64,000 bases of DNA from Bacteroidota bacterium (GTDB lineage: Bacteria > Bacteroidota > Bacteroidia > NS11-12g > UBA955): the NCBI GenBank assembly GCA_013205405.1, contig JABMMZ010000078.1:2616-66615 (forward strand). Reading direction: 5' to 3'. The notes under the pieces are model-generated. The model was not told the origin of the DNA. It saw only the letters and a program-made list of their open reading frames with translations, and did no database searches. A program made the position numbers and the translations under genes. This document shows, piece by piece, positions 50,845 through 61,559 of the stretch; positions within the stretch are counted from its first letter, which is position 1, and each line of letters begins with the position of its first letter.

Positions 50845-52077
50845 ATGGACGATTATCAAATTCACACTTTAAAAAATGGCTTGCGCATTGTTTATAAACA
50901 AGCTTTTAATACTGCTGCTTCGCACCTTGGTTTTACAATAAATGTTGGTGCCAGAGACGATGGCCAACTGCCAGGTACTGCCCATTGTTTTTAACACATG
51001 CTTTTTAAAGGTACTCAAAAACGCAAGGCCATGCAAATTATTAACCGACTAGAGGTAGTAGGTGGTGAAATGAATGCTTTTACAACCAAAGAAATTACGG
51101 TTTTGTATGCCTCTATTGTTAATGAATATACTGAAAGAGCCCTAGAATTATTAGCCGATTTGACATTCAACTCAACCTTTCCTGAAAAAGAATTACTGAA
51201 AGAGAAAAAAGTAATTACGGAAGAAATAAATATGTATTTAGACACACCAGAAGAAAATATTTATGACGAGTTTCAAGAAATGATTTTTAAAGGCCATGCC
51301 CTAGCCCCCAATATTTTAGGTACTATAGAAAGTTTAAATGAAATAAATGCTAAAAATTTAAGAAATTTTCATAGCCAATATTACCATCCCAAAAATGTGG
51401 TTTTAAGTATAAATACGAATTTGCCATTGGCTAAAATTGTAAAATGGGCAGAAAAATATACCGAAGACATCAGTTTTGGCACTTTTATAAAAACAAAAAG
51501 AAAAGCGTTTACCAAATACAAAACACAAATTGAAAGCAAGGATACAGAGCATGTGCAATGCCATGCCATACTAGGAAATGTTTGCTATAGCCATCAGAGT
51601 AAAGAGCGTTTTCCAATGTTATTATTAAATAATCTTTTAGGAGGCCCAGGAATGAATTCAAGACTTACAATTTCTATAAGAGAAAAACATGGTTACACTT
51701 ATAACGTAGAAAGTGGCTACAGTGGCTTTAATGAAACAGGCATTTTTCACTGTTATCTTTCCACAGATAAAAAATATCTGAACAAAAGTGTGGACTTAGT
51801 ATACAAAGAATTGAAAAAACTGAAAGAAATAAAACTCTCTAAAATACAGTTGCATCAGGCTAAAACACAGTTTAAAGGACAGATAGTTTTAGGTGAAGAG
51901 AGCAGAATGAATTTAATGCTTTTGCTAGGAAAAAACCTTGCTCAAGGCTATAAAATTGAAAGTTTACAAGAAGTTTTAAACAGAATTGATAAGATTACAG
52001 GCGAAGAAATTCAGGATATTGCCAACAATGTTTTTGACTTCGAAAAATTAAGCTATCTTGCCTATGTTTCTGAATAA
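50845..52077 (+). pseudogene. M16 (pitrilysin/insulinase) family peptidase, interrupted by in-frame TAA (50992-50994) at the catalytic Glu codon of the HxxEH motif
   Basis: From ATG 50845: MDDYQIHTLKNGLRIVYKQ...GARDDGQLPGTAHCF*HMLFKGTQKRKA... versus canonical GxAHFLEHMLFKGT. Downstream 359 aa are a clean M16 domain. Confidence 0.6.
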
Positions 52078-52091
52078 TTAAAAATCCCAAT

Positions 52092-52745
52092 ATGGCAGCA
52101 CTACACAGACTAAAAAAGCTAATAGCGAGTGGTGAAAGTGATACTTTAGACTTCAAACAAACTATTTCAGACGCCAGTAAAATTGCTAAAACTTTAGCGG
52201 CCTTTAGCAATCATAAAGGTGGTACTTTGCTAATAGGGGTTAGAGATAATGGTAGCATAGCCGGGGTAAGAAGTGAAGACGAAAAATACATGTTAGAACT
52301 AGCTGGCACCTTTTATTGTGAACCTAAAATAAATGTTGAGTTAAAAGAACACGAAATAGACGGTAAATTAATAATTGAAGCATTAATACCTGCCGGTAAT
52401 ATGAAACCGTATTTTGCTAAAGACCAAGAGGGAAAATGGTTGGTATATCACCGTGTAAAAGACAGAAGTTTGCAGGCCAGTGTTGTTATGTTTCAAGTAT
52501 TAAAAAAGCAAAATCGTCAAACAATCAATTTATTAGAATACAGCCTATTAGAATCCAAAATATTAAGTTTATTGAAAAGCGATGAACCAAAAGTTTTAAA
52601 TTATTTAGTCAGTAGCTTGAACATTCAAAGACATCGTATAATTCACAGTTTAGCTAAATTAATTTATTTTAAAATTGTAAACACAAACTACGACCAAAAA
52701 ATAGAAAGGTACGCTTTATTAAATGATTCATTAACAACAAAGTAA
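52092..52745 (+). CDS. AlbA_2 (Schlafen-like) putative DNA-binding domain protein / transcriptional regulator
   Basis: ESDTLDFKQTISDASKIAKTLAAFSNHKGGTLLIGVRDNGSIAGV matches the AlbA_2 N-terminal core. Confidence 0.6.
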   Translation: MAALHRLKKLIASGESDTLDFKQTISDASKIAKTLAAFSNHKGGTLLIGVRDNGSIAGVRSEDEKYMLELAGTFYCEPKINVELKEHEIDGKLIIEALIPAGNMKPYFAKDQEGKWLVYHRVKDRSLQASVVMFQVLKKQNRQTINLLEYSLLESKILSLLKSDEPKVLNYLVSSLNIQRHRIIHSLAKLIYFKIVNTNYDQKIERYALLNDSLTTK

Positions 52746-52795
52746 TAAATACATAAACACATTAAATTATTTTAAATAAAAAAAATATATTAATT

Positions 52796-53704
52796 TTGTT
52801 TTTATACATAACATCAAAATATATTAAAAAGTTAATTTTTATATCATTATTTTTTCTTTGCTATTCTGCAAAAGGACAATCAGTAGACTTATTTTTTGGT
52901 ACGGGATCAAGTCATTTTTTAGGTGATTTAGGAGGAAAACTATTTGCTGGCACAAACGATTTTCAAGACGTAGATTTTGCAAAAACGCGCTACGGACTTA
53001 CAGCAGGAGTTCGTGTAAACTTTGGCCGTTATTTTACCTTAAGAGCCAATGGCTGGTATGCAAGAGTAGCTGGAGATGATAAATTTACATCCAACAAAGA
53101 AAGACGTGGTAGAAATTTAAGTTTCTTTTCTCCAATTTTAGAAGGCGATGTTTTAGCAGAAATTAATTTTGCGAAAAGTAAAAATGGCAAAGGTATTTTT
53201 TACATTTTTGGTGGCCTAGGTTTCTTTACATTTAATCCGAAAACAAAATTAAATGGCAATACTTATAACTTAAGAGATTATGGAACAGAAGGTCAATTTG
53301 CGATTGCTGGCAAATCACCTTATGCTTTGTCTTCAATATGTTTTCCTTCTGGTATTGGCTATAAATTAGCAGTTGGCAGAAAAAGTTATTTAGCATTTGA
53401 AGTTAATATGCGTAAAACGCAAACAGATTATATTGACGATGTAAGTACTAATTTTGTTGACCCTAATTTATTAATTGCAGCTAAAGGCCCTGTTGCTGCC
53501 CAACTAGCTGACAGAAATATATCTACAATTCCGGGCTTTAGTACTCCAGGTTCTATAAGAGGCGATGTAAAAAACAATGACTCTTATTTTTTCTTAGCAA
53601 TAACCTATAATATTAGACTTGGAGTTGGCGCAGGAGGTATTGGATATGGAGGTAAAAGACGTGGTGGAAGAATACATGGCAAAGGCAGATGTTTTGAGTT
53701 TTAA
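52796..53704 (+). CDS. Hypothetical outer-membrane beta-barrel-like protein (Gly-rich C-terminus)
   Basis: Signal peptide, beta-strand periodicity, aromatic-rich; C-terminal GVGAGGIGYGGKRRGG. Confidence 0.5.
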   Translation: MFLYITSKYIKKLIFISLFFLCYSAKGQSVDLFFGTGSSHFLGDLGGKLFAGTNDFQDVDFAKTRYGLTAGVRVNFGRYFTLRANGWYARVAGDDKFTSNKERRGRNLSFFSPILEGDVLAEINFAKSKNGKGIFYIFGGLGFFTFNPKTKLNGNTYNLRDYGTEGQFAIAGKSPYALSSICFPSGIGYKLAVGRKSYLAFEVNMRKTQTDYIDDVSTNFVDPNLLIAAKGPVAAQLADRNISTIPGFSTPGSIRGDVKNNDSYFFLAITYNIRLGVGAGGIGYGGKRRGGRIHGKGRCFEF

Positions 53705-56118
53705 TAACTCCATTTGTTAGTTTTATTGTCGAAAGTTTCTATTGTAAATTTCAGTTGTGGTAAATAAGTATACAAATTGCTAACTGCAGCATTATAAAAC
53801 ACCCCTATTTTAAATCTTTCTTTCCATAATCTTATCACTTTTTCAAACCCAATAAACGCTTCAGCATACTTTAAATTTCTCTCTCTAGTGTATAGTAAAC
53901 CACCTCCAACACATTCAATTAGTTTTAATTGTTTTATAAGCGGTATTTTATTAAGAATAGCACCGTTAAATCGATGGAAATAATGCGCTTCATAAAATCT
54001 TTTGATAGTACTAAATGTAGTATCTATACCTTGAAATGAATACATTGGATTAGTGAAAAATATGGGACCCGCTCGTCTTTGAAACTCATAATCTATAAGT
54101 CTTAAATCTTGGCTTGTTAAAAACTCACCAGAAATAATGCGATATCTGCTAACACCTGCCAGTCCAACTTTAAGCTCTTGTTCAGCTTTAAATTCTAAAT
54201 AATCGAAATTAATTGTACTTCCCAAAATATTTAATCCCTTTTTATATATGGCTGTAATTTCTGGCCATTTGCTCCCTAATACCTGTTTTTGATAAGGCTC
54301 TCTTATATACTTTTGAAAAGGCACATAAGAAATAGAAATAGTACCATATAGTGCTTTATAATAATCAAAATCAATTGCCTTATTTGGTCCCCCGTAAAAC
54401 AAATCACCCCTACTATCAAATTTATAATCGGATATTGAACGTCTGTTAGAATATTTTAGGCCATTTCCTAGATATAGTCCATTTATCAACTCTACTCTAT
54501 GAAAAATAGATCCAAAATCTTCAACATAAAAATTACTACGCTTAAATATCGCTATCCATGCATCAAAAGGATTAATAATTCCAAAATCACTTCCTACTGA
54601 AATATTAATACGGCCTATATTAAAAGGATTGTATAATCTTCCAAAATTTAAAGACCCTTTTAGATCATTATTTAATACCCCAAAATTAGCTGTAGGCATT
54701 AATTCAATAGTTTTTTTATTTTTAAAAATTCTTTCATATCCTACCCAATATTGTACCCTAGGACCAGCAATATAAATTGGCAAATATGAAAATATTAAAG
54801 GTTTAAAGGTCCAGTAACGCTCATTGCTCCGCTTATAATTACCTTGACCCATCAAAAATATTTTCTTAAGTGTAATTTTATTAAAATTTCTGTCTACAGA
54901 ATCTTGCCAATATTTTTGAGATTGCAGAGCTTTGGTACTATCACTTTTTCTAATAAAGGCTAACTCTGATATTGTAAAAGGCTCTTTTCGTATGAAACTC
55001 CAAAAATTAGTATCTTTCTCATAGGCTTCTACCGAAGTTGAACTAAGTTCATTGTTAAAAAACCGTTTTTTAAATTCTTGTTTAAATAGATAATCAGAAT
55101 AATAAACTACCGTGCGTCCAGTATTCTTTGTTTTACCAAATTTTGCACTGTAATTAAATTCTTGCTGAGCCAAACAGTAATGACTATCTATAAATTGATA
55201 TTTTTGACTCACTTCAAAAGCATCATATTCTAACATATGGTACTTGGGCATGCTGAGTTTTAAACTTACTATACAAAAACTGCTGTCCATTATGGTGAGT
55301 TCACCAGTTACCAGTGCATTACCCAGTATGCCGGGCGAAACCTTAATACGGTAATACTTTTTATCTCCTTCATAATAGGCTTTTAGCATTTTATACTTAT
55401 ACGCCACAATACCACTATTGCTAATGGGCGATAAAATGGGCGATTCAGATAAAGCTGGAATTTGGATTAAATTTCGATACCAATTAAAATCGCCATCAGT
55501 ATGGGTTAAATAAAACAATCCATCCTTTTCGCCTCTTATATTTACACCCGTACGTTCCTCTTTTATTTTAGCAGGTGGCGCACTGTTCAATGTCATAAAT
55601 ATTTCAGCTATATTCATTTGAGGCACAGTTACGGTGGTGTCTTTTTTCTTTTTAGGCGTTATTTCTTCCTCCGTAGCTTTAATATAAGCTTTTACAGTAT
55701 AAGCATCTGGATTACCATACAATTGCTTATTGGCAATTACTTTTCTGATAATTTCTACCGATTTGTCTTTACTTTTATTCACCACCTTTGCGCTTTCTAA
55801 TTCTATCGCATTATCTTCTAAAATAATATTTTGAATAATATCTGTAGCCCTAACAGTTATTGGCATTTTAAGGGTTTTATAACCATCAAATGTAAAAACA
55901 AAAACATAGGAACCTTCTTTAATATTTACTTTATATTCTCCACTTATACTGGTACTTGTATTTAAATAAGCAAAATCTATTACTGATACATTTACCAGCG
56001 CTATTGGCTCTAAATTAGCATTTGTTACAATTCCTTTTACAAAAATATCTTGTGCTTTAGAAATATTAATTCTAAAAACAATTAAAAAACAAATAATGAA
56101 TGGTACTTTTCTATACAT
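53701..56118 (-). CDS. Large secreted protein with N-terminal carboxypeptidase-regulatory-like domain (DUF5686-like family)
   Basis: Signal peptide, then DIFVKGIVTNANLEPIALVNVSVIDF (CarbopepD_reg-like). 805 aa; architecture typical of Bacteroidota DUF5686 proteins. Confidence 0.55.
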   Translation of the reverse strand: MYRKVPFIICFLIVFRINISKAQDIFVKGIVTNANLEPIALVNVSVIDFAYLNTSTSISGEYKVNIKEGSYVFVFTFDGYKTLKMPITVRATDIIQNIILEDNAIELESAKVVNKSKDKSVEIIRKVIANKQLYGNPDAYTVKAYIKATEEEITPKKKKDTTVTVPQMNIAEIFMTLNSAPPAKIKEERTGVNIRGEKDGLFYLTHTDGDFNWYRNLIQIPALSESPILSPISNSGIVAYKYKMLKAYYEGDKKYYRIKVSPGILGNALVTGELTIMDSSFCIVSLKLSMPKYHMLEYDAFEVSQKYQFIDSHYCLAQQEFNYSAKFGKTKNTGRTVVYYSDYLFKQEFKKRFFNNELSSTSVEAYEKDTNFWSFIRKEPFTISELAFIRKSDSTKALQSQKYWQDSVDRNFNKITLKKIFLMGQGNYKRSNERYWTFKPLIFSYLPIYIAGPRVQYWVGYERIFKNKKTIELMPTANFGVLNNDLKGSLNFGRLYNPFNIGRINISVGSDFGIINPFDAWIAIFKRSNFYVEDFGSIFHRVELINGLYLGNGLKYSNRRSISDYKFDSRGDLFYGGPNKAIDFDYYKALYGTISISYVPFQKYIREPYQKQVLGSKWPEITAIYKKGLNILGSTINFDYLEFKAEQELKVGLAGVSRYRIISGEFLTSQDLRLIDYEFQRRAGPIFFTNPMYSFQGIDTTFSTIKRFYEAHYFHRFNGAILNKIPLIKQLKLIECVGGGLLYTRERNLKYAEAFIGFEKVIRLWKERFKIGVFYNAAVSNLYTYLPQLKFTIETFDNKTNKWSY

Positions 56119-56445
56119 TAATTGAATACTTAAAACAAACTAACGCAAAATAGCTTTAATTTGTTACAATAAATCGATAAATTTTATATTTTAGCTAATG
56201 AAAGTTTTTAAATTCTCAATAAAAAGCAATAATTGTTCAATTGATTTTTAAAGGCTTTATTAAAACAGAAATTTTTGCATTAAAAAAGAAATAACTTTTT
56301 TACAATTTAATCTTTTAACACTTTAACAAAAAATGTAATTTGTTTTAAGTTTATTTGTCATTATTAAGTCATAATTTTTATTATTTTTATTTGGGGGGTA
56401 AAACACTTAATATTGTATTAACATAAAATATATAAAAATTAAATC

Positions 56446-57396
56446 ATGAAAAATCAATTTATTTACACATTTGCTATTGCTACTATCCTTTTATTTTCCT
56501 GTAAAGATAAAACTGAAGACACAAATACGAGTCTAGATACCACACCACAATGGGAGTCGAATGTAACAAGTTCAGATATTCGAAAACACTTTGATCTTCA
56601 AGCCATAACTGGGACTTCTACTACAATTTCTTCTGCCACAGGAGGAACCGTTACTATTAATGGCTTTTCTGCTACGGTTCCTGCAGATGCTTTTGCTAAT
56701 CAAGATGGAAGTCCATACAATGGAAATGTTAAGTTAAGTATATCTATTATTACCAACTCTGAAGGTATGTTAAAAAGCGGAATTACAAATGTTAATGACA
56801 GTGGCGATTTATTAATTTCTGCTGGTATGTTTAAATTAGACGCCTTAAATGAAACTAATAATAAATTAAAACTAAGACCAGGTATAAAATTTGGTTCAGA
56901 AATTCCTGGCTTTGATTTGAATAATAAAGTATTTGAAGGTGTTGCAGCTGCAGGTAATAATAAAGTAGTTTGGGAAGAATGGGATAGCACAAATATTAAA
57001 CGTGGAAATAATACATTTATATTTGGGTTAGACAAGTTATTTACTTGGTGCAATTTAGATAGATATATGAATGAAAAACCTTTAACAGATATTACCATTA
57101 CCACACCAGCGGGTTATACTAATAAAAATACCGAATGTTTTATAAAATATACTGGCGAAAATGCAACAGCGTATATTCCTGCCAATAGCACTCTTAAAGC
57201 TTTTTCTACACAAGGTGGATTTTATAAAGTAGTTGTTGGTAGAGCTGCCAAAATACTATGTTTTTCCAAGAGAGATGGTAAATTTTATTATGAAATTAAA
57301 ACCATTGCAGCCATAGCTGCAAATCAAACATTGGCAATGACAAACTTGGTAGAAACAACAGAAGCCAATTTAAATATTGTCATTTCAAGTTTTTAG
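56446..57396 (+). CDS. Hypothetical lipoprotein
   Basis: Lipobox LLFSCKDK; no recognised domain. Confidence 0.55.
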   Translation: MKNQFIYTFAIATILLFSCKDKTEDTNTSLDTTPQWESNVTSSDIRKHFDLQAITGTSTTISSATGGTVTINGFSATVPADAFANQDGSPYNGNVKLSISIITNSEGMLKSGITNVNDSGDLLISAGMFKLDALNETNNKLKLRPGIKFGSEIPGFDLNNKVFEGVAAAGNNKVVWEEWDSTNIKRGNNTFIFGLDKLFTWCNLDRYMNEKPLTDITITTPAGYTNKNTECFIKYTGENATAYIPANSTLKAFSTQGGFYKVVVGRAAKILCFSKRDGKFYYEIKTIAAIAANQTLAMTNLVETTEANLNIVISSF

Positions 57397-57417
57397 TATT
57401 ATTTTTTAAAATAATTT

Positions 57418-57462
57418 ATCCCCTTTGGAAGGCAAGTTTTGCAACCAAAGGGGATTTTTTTA
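57418..57462 (+). terminator. Rho-independent terminator after the lipoprotein gene
   Basis: atcccctttgg-(16-nt loop)-ccaaaggggat followed by T7. Confidence 0.75.
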
Positions 57463-57549
57463 TTATAACTTTTTTAAAATACTAATATTTTGATGCTTAT
57501 AATTGTGCAAAGTATTTGCTGAAATACTATATCAAAGGAAGAAAAAAGA

Positions 57550-58491
57550 ATGAAAAATAGAATTTGTAAATTATTTAATATTCAATACCCAATAATACAA
57601 GCAGGTATGATATGGTGCAGCGGATGGAAATTGGCCTCTACTGTTAGTAATGCCGGAGGTTTAGGCCTTATTGGCAGTGGCAGCATGTATCCTGAGGTAT
57701 TAAGAGATCATATTCAAAAATGCAAAGCCGCTACTAATAAACCATTTGGTGTAAATGTGCCTTTGCTATATCCCAATATAGAAGAACATATATCCATTAT
57801 TATACAAGAAGGTGTAAAAATAGTATTTACTAGTGCCGGCAATCCTGCCACTTGGACCAAGCATTTAAAAGATAATGGCATTACTGTTGTGCATGTAATA
57901 GCCAATACAAAGTTTGCTAAAAAATGTGAACAAAGCGGAGTAGATGCCATAGTGGCCGAAGGTTTTGAAGCTGGAGGACATAACGGAAGAGAAGAAACAA
58001 CTACTCTATGTCTAATACCTATAATAAAAAAAGTATGTAAATTGCCCTTAATTGCCGCAGGTGGTATAGGTAGTGGACAGGCTATGGCAGCTGCCATGTG
58101 CTTAGGTGCCGATGCAGTGCAGGTTGGTAGCGCATTTGCTGCCACAATAGAAAGCAGTGCACATCAGAATTTTAAAAATAAAATAATAACATTAAATGAT
58201 GGTGATACAGAACTTTCTTTAAAAGCATTGACCCCAGTTCGTTTAATTAAAAATGAGTTTTATGACCTTGTGAAACAAGCAGAAAACAAATGTGAAAGTA
58301 AAGAAAAATTAGAAGAAATATTAGGAAGAGGAAGAGCCAAAAAAGGTATGTTTGAAGGCGATATGGAAAATGGTGAACTAGAGATAGGTCAAATAGCAGC
58401 AACGATAAAAGAAATACTTCCGGCAGCAATAGTATTTGAGAATATAGTAAATGCATACAATGATGTAATTGGAAACTTAGATTTTATGTAA
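57550..58491 (+). CDS. NAD(P)H-dependent flavin oxidoreductase (nitronate monooxygenase/NPD, FabK-like fold)
   Basis: YPIIQAGMIWCSGWKLASTVSNAGGLGLIGSGS and GGIGSGQAMAAAMCLGADAVQVGSAF motifs. Confidence 0.8.
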   Translation: MKNRICKLFNIQYPIIQAGMIWCSGWKLASTVSNAGGLGLIGSGSMYPEVLRDHIQKCKAATNKPFGVNVPLLYPNIEEHISIIIQEGVKIVFTSAGNPATWTKHLKDNGITVVHVIANTKFAKKCEQSGVDAIVAEGFEAGGHNGREETTTLCLIPIIKKVCKLPLIAAGGIGSGQAMAAAMCLGADAVQVGSAFAATIESSAHQNFKNKIITLNDGDTELSLKALTPVRLIKNEFYDLVKQAENKCESKEKLEEILGRGRAKKGMFEGDMENGELEIGQIAATIKEILPAAIVFENIVNAYNDVIGNLDFM

Positions 58492-58649
58492 TACTAAATT
58501 ACCTCTAAAATAGCGACATATAATTATTCTTAAAAGTGTACAAATTTTTGAAATAAAATTTTATTTACGGATTATAAAAAAATTTCAAGAAGAAAAGAAT
58601 TGTTTATTCAACTAATATTGAATATGTTTGCGTATAAAATAAACTTAAA

Positions 58650-61019
58650 ATGAAAATCAAAATAACATTAATTTTTCTAACTCTATTTTTAGTCTTAAGC
58701 TTAGATGCTCAATCTCCAAATAGCTTTAATTACCAAGCTGTGGTTAGAAACGCAAGTGGTGTGGCAGTAGCCAATCAATTAGTTGCACTCAAATTCACAA
58801 TTAGAGAAGGTACTCCAACTGGTACAACAATTTATCAAGAAACACATTCTAAAACCACTAATAGTCTTGGTCTGGTTGCTGCAATTGTAGGTACAGGAAC
58901 AATAGTTAATGGCGCTTACCCAACAATTACACAATTAGCTACAGGTGTTAAATATTTTCAAGTAGAGGTAGACCCAACAGGAGCTAGTAGCTATATAGAT
59001 ATGGGCACTACCCAAATAGTAAGCGTAATGTATGCTAATTTTGCCAATGGCTCTGCCACAGCAAATGGCTTAAGTTCTTCTGCATCAATTACACCATCTC
59101 AAATAGCTGTTTCTGGAGCTGCCAATGGCCAAGTATTGAAATTCAATGGTACTACTTGGACTCCAAGCAACGATGTAGGTGGTGGAAGCGACAACTGGGG
59201 AACACAAACTGTAAATACTGATGCTACTTTATCAGGTAATGGCACCTCCGGAAATACTCTAAAAATTGGACAAAATGGTGCAGCCTCTGGCAATGTTTTA
59301 AAATGGAATGGCACAGCTTGGGCGCCTGCTACAGATAATGGCTCAACTTATACTGGAGGCACTGGTGTTACTATTTCAGGAAGCAATGTAATTAGTATTC
59401 CTTGGACATTGAACGGAAATAATATTTACAATAATAATACAGATAATACAGGTATAGGAAATACTGCTCCAACAGAAAAATTAGATGTATTTTCTAACAC
59501 AACTAGTAATACTGTATTATCTCGCACAGGTTTATCTACTGGCTTTGCTTCATTAAAGGTTTTAAACGCAAACTCATCAAGTGCTGAATTAACTAAATAT
59601 AGTTCGGCTTCTACTGGCACCGTAAATACTTGGCCAGTTTCAAATTTAGCATTATTAAACAACGGAGGTTCTGGTGCTTTAATGTTAAATTCAATAGACT
59701 CTATTGGATTTGCCACAAATTCGAGAAATGTACTTACAATCAGAAAGTCAGGCGAAATGATGGTTAATGGTTCTAATACAAATGCTAATACAGGCTATTT
59801 AACTATTTTTCAACCAACGTATAGTTCATCTAAACCAACATTAGAAATAGTTGGCCCAAATGCCTTTATTGCTTTTAAAAATTCAGGCTTACTAAAAAGT
59901 TCAATACAATCTTTTAATGATAATTTAATTTTAAATGCCACAGCTGGTCATTTAAAATTGCATACTAACTCAATAGAAAGAATGCATATAGATTACACTT
60001 CTGGTGCAGTAGGTATTAATACTAATGCTCCATTTTCTAAATTGCATGTATTAGGCTCTGGTCCAAATAGCTATAAAAATTCTGGTTTTACTTTTAATGC
60101 TGCAATATATGGATATTGTGATACAACAACTACCACTAATAATTTTTCTGCAGGTATAATAGGACAGGCAAAGGGTTCAGCTAATTTAAATGCAGGTCTA
60201 GTAGGTTTGGGAGGATATAATGCATCATTTAATGTTGCTGGTCTATTTTTATCTAGACAATCTTTAAGTGGAACAAATAGGAATTATGGAACATACACAA
60301 GTGTTTTAGGCGGTAATGCGTTTACTATTGGACATTTTTTAAATGTTGAAGCATCTACGAATTCAATAAGTGGTACTTATGGTTCATACAATTTAATTGC
60401 AGGAACCGCAGATGCAAATGTATTCGGAGGTTATTTTGATGCCGATGCTACCAACAGCGCAGATAATTTGGGTATTTATGCTAGAGCTTCCAATGGAGCA
60501 AATAATATTGCTGGTTATTTTGAAGGCGATGTAGAGGTTTTAGGAAATTTAAGTAAAAGTGGTGGTACATTTAAAATAGACCATCCTCAAGATCCTGCAA
60601 ATAAATACCTTATTCACAGCTTTGTAGAAAGCCCAGAAATGATGAATATTTATAATGGTTTAATTACAACAGATGCTAATGGTTTTGCCTTAGTTACACT
60701 TCCTTCCTATTTTCAATCATTAAATATAGATTTTAGATATCAATTAACGATTTTAGGAAGTCAATTTGCTCAAGCTATTATTATTAAAAAAATAGAAGGT
60801 AATCAGTTTACAATTCAAACAAATTTGCCAAATATTGAAGTAAGTTGGCAGGTAACTGGTGTCAGGAACGATGCCTGGGCAAAAGCCAATCCAATAATTC
60901 CTGAAAAAACTAAAGCTGATAAAGATAAAGGCAAATACCTAACTCCCGAATTATTTGGACAACCAAAAACTCAAAGTATAATGTTGCCTAAAACTACTGG
61001 AACAAAAATTCCAAATTAA
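58650..61019 (+). CDS. Large secreted hypothetical protein (789 aa), Gly/Thr/Asn-rich fibre-like repeats; no T9SS CTD recognised
   Basis: Signal peptide. Repeated G.VLK(F/W)NGT.W.P..D.G motifs. Conserved-looking C-terminal domain FKIDHPQDPANKYLIHSFVESPEMMNIY. Confidence 0.6.
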   Translation: MKIKITLIFLTLFLVLSLDAQSPNSFNYQAVVRNASGVAVANQLVALKFTIREGTPTGTTIYQETHSKTTNSLGLVAAIVGTGTIVNGAYPTITQLATGVKYFQVEVDPTGASSYIDMGTTQIVSVMYANFANGSATANGLSSSASITPSQIAVSGAANGQVLKFNGTTWTPSNDVGGGSDNWGTQTVNTDATLSGNGTSGNTLKIGQNGAASGNVLKWNGTAWAPATDNGSTYTGGTGVTISGSNVISIPWTLNGNNIYNNNTDNTGIGNTAPTEKLDVFSNTTSNTVLSRTGLSTGFASLKVLNANSSSAELTKYSSASTGTVNTWPVSNLALLNNGGSGALMLNSIDSIGFATNSRNVLTIRKSGEMMVNGSNTNANTGYLTIFQPTYSSSKPTLEIVGPNAFIAFKNSGLLKSSIQSFNDNLILNATAGHLKLHTNSIERMHIDYTSGAVGINTNAPFSKLHVLGSGPNSYKNSGFTFNAAIYGYCDTTTTTNNFSAGIIGQAKGSANLNAGLVGLGGYNASFNVAGLFLSRQSLSGTNRNYGTYTSVLGGNAFTIGHFLNVEASTNSISGTYGSYNLIAGTADANVFGGYFDADATNSADNLGIYARASNGANNIAGYFEGDVEVLGNLSKSGGTFKIDHPQDPANKYLIHSFVESPEMMNIYNGLITTDANGFALVTLPSYFQSLNIDFRYQLTILGSQFAQAIIIKKIEGNQFTIQTNLPNIEVSWQVTGVRNDAWAKANPIIPEKTKADKDKGKYLTPELFGQPKTQSIMLPKTTGTKIPN

Positions 61020-61041
61020 TAATTATTAAACTTTATTTAAA

Positions 61042-61509
61042 ATGAAAAAAATATTTTTAATTATTGGTTTAAGCTGGTTTACAGCCAATGCACAAAGTAT
61101 AGAGCGCAGTGTAATTGCAAGTGGAGGAAATGCCTTTAAAAATACAAATTATAGTGTCGATTGGACCATTGGTGAAACTGTTATAGCCACTGGTAGTTCA
61201 GTCAATAATTTACTATCACAAGGATTTCACCAGTCGTATCTGAATCAAAGTGACTTAACCAAAACTTTCATTGGAGGCTTATCCTGTTACCCTAATCCTA
61301 CAGAAAATTATTTGCAATTTAGCCTTTTAAATGGGCAATCAATAGCACAAATTACCATATTAGATTGCAACGGGAAAATAGCCTTAAGTGAAACTTGGAA
61401 CACCCAAGCCTCCTATATTATGGATATTAGTAATTTATCTGCTGGAATATATAATGCTCAAATAAAAATAGGAAATAGTATTAATATTATTAGAATTTGT
61501 AAATTGTAG
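61042..61509 (+). CDS. Small secreted protein (155 aa) consisting essentially of a short N-domain plus a T9SS type A C-terminal sorting domain
   Basis: Signal peptide MKKIFLIIGLSWFTANAQ. C-terminal CYPNPTENYLQFSLLNG...GIYNAQIKIGNS. Confidence 0.65.
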   Translation: MKKIFLIIGLSWFTANAQSIERSVIASGGNAFKNTNYSVDWTIGETVIATGSSVNNLLSQGFHQSYLNQSDLTKTFIGGLSCYPNPTENYLQFSLLNGQSIAQITILDCNGKIALSETWNTQASYIMDISNLSAGIYNAQIKIGNSINIIRICKL

Positions 61510-61559
61510 AAAGTTTGTAAAAAAATAGGACGTCCACTAATTTCAAATAAATTATTTCA

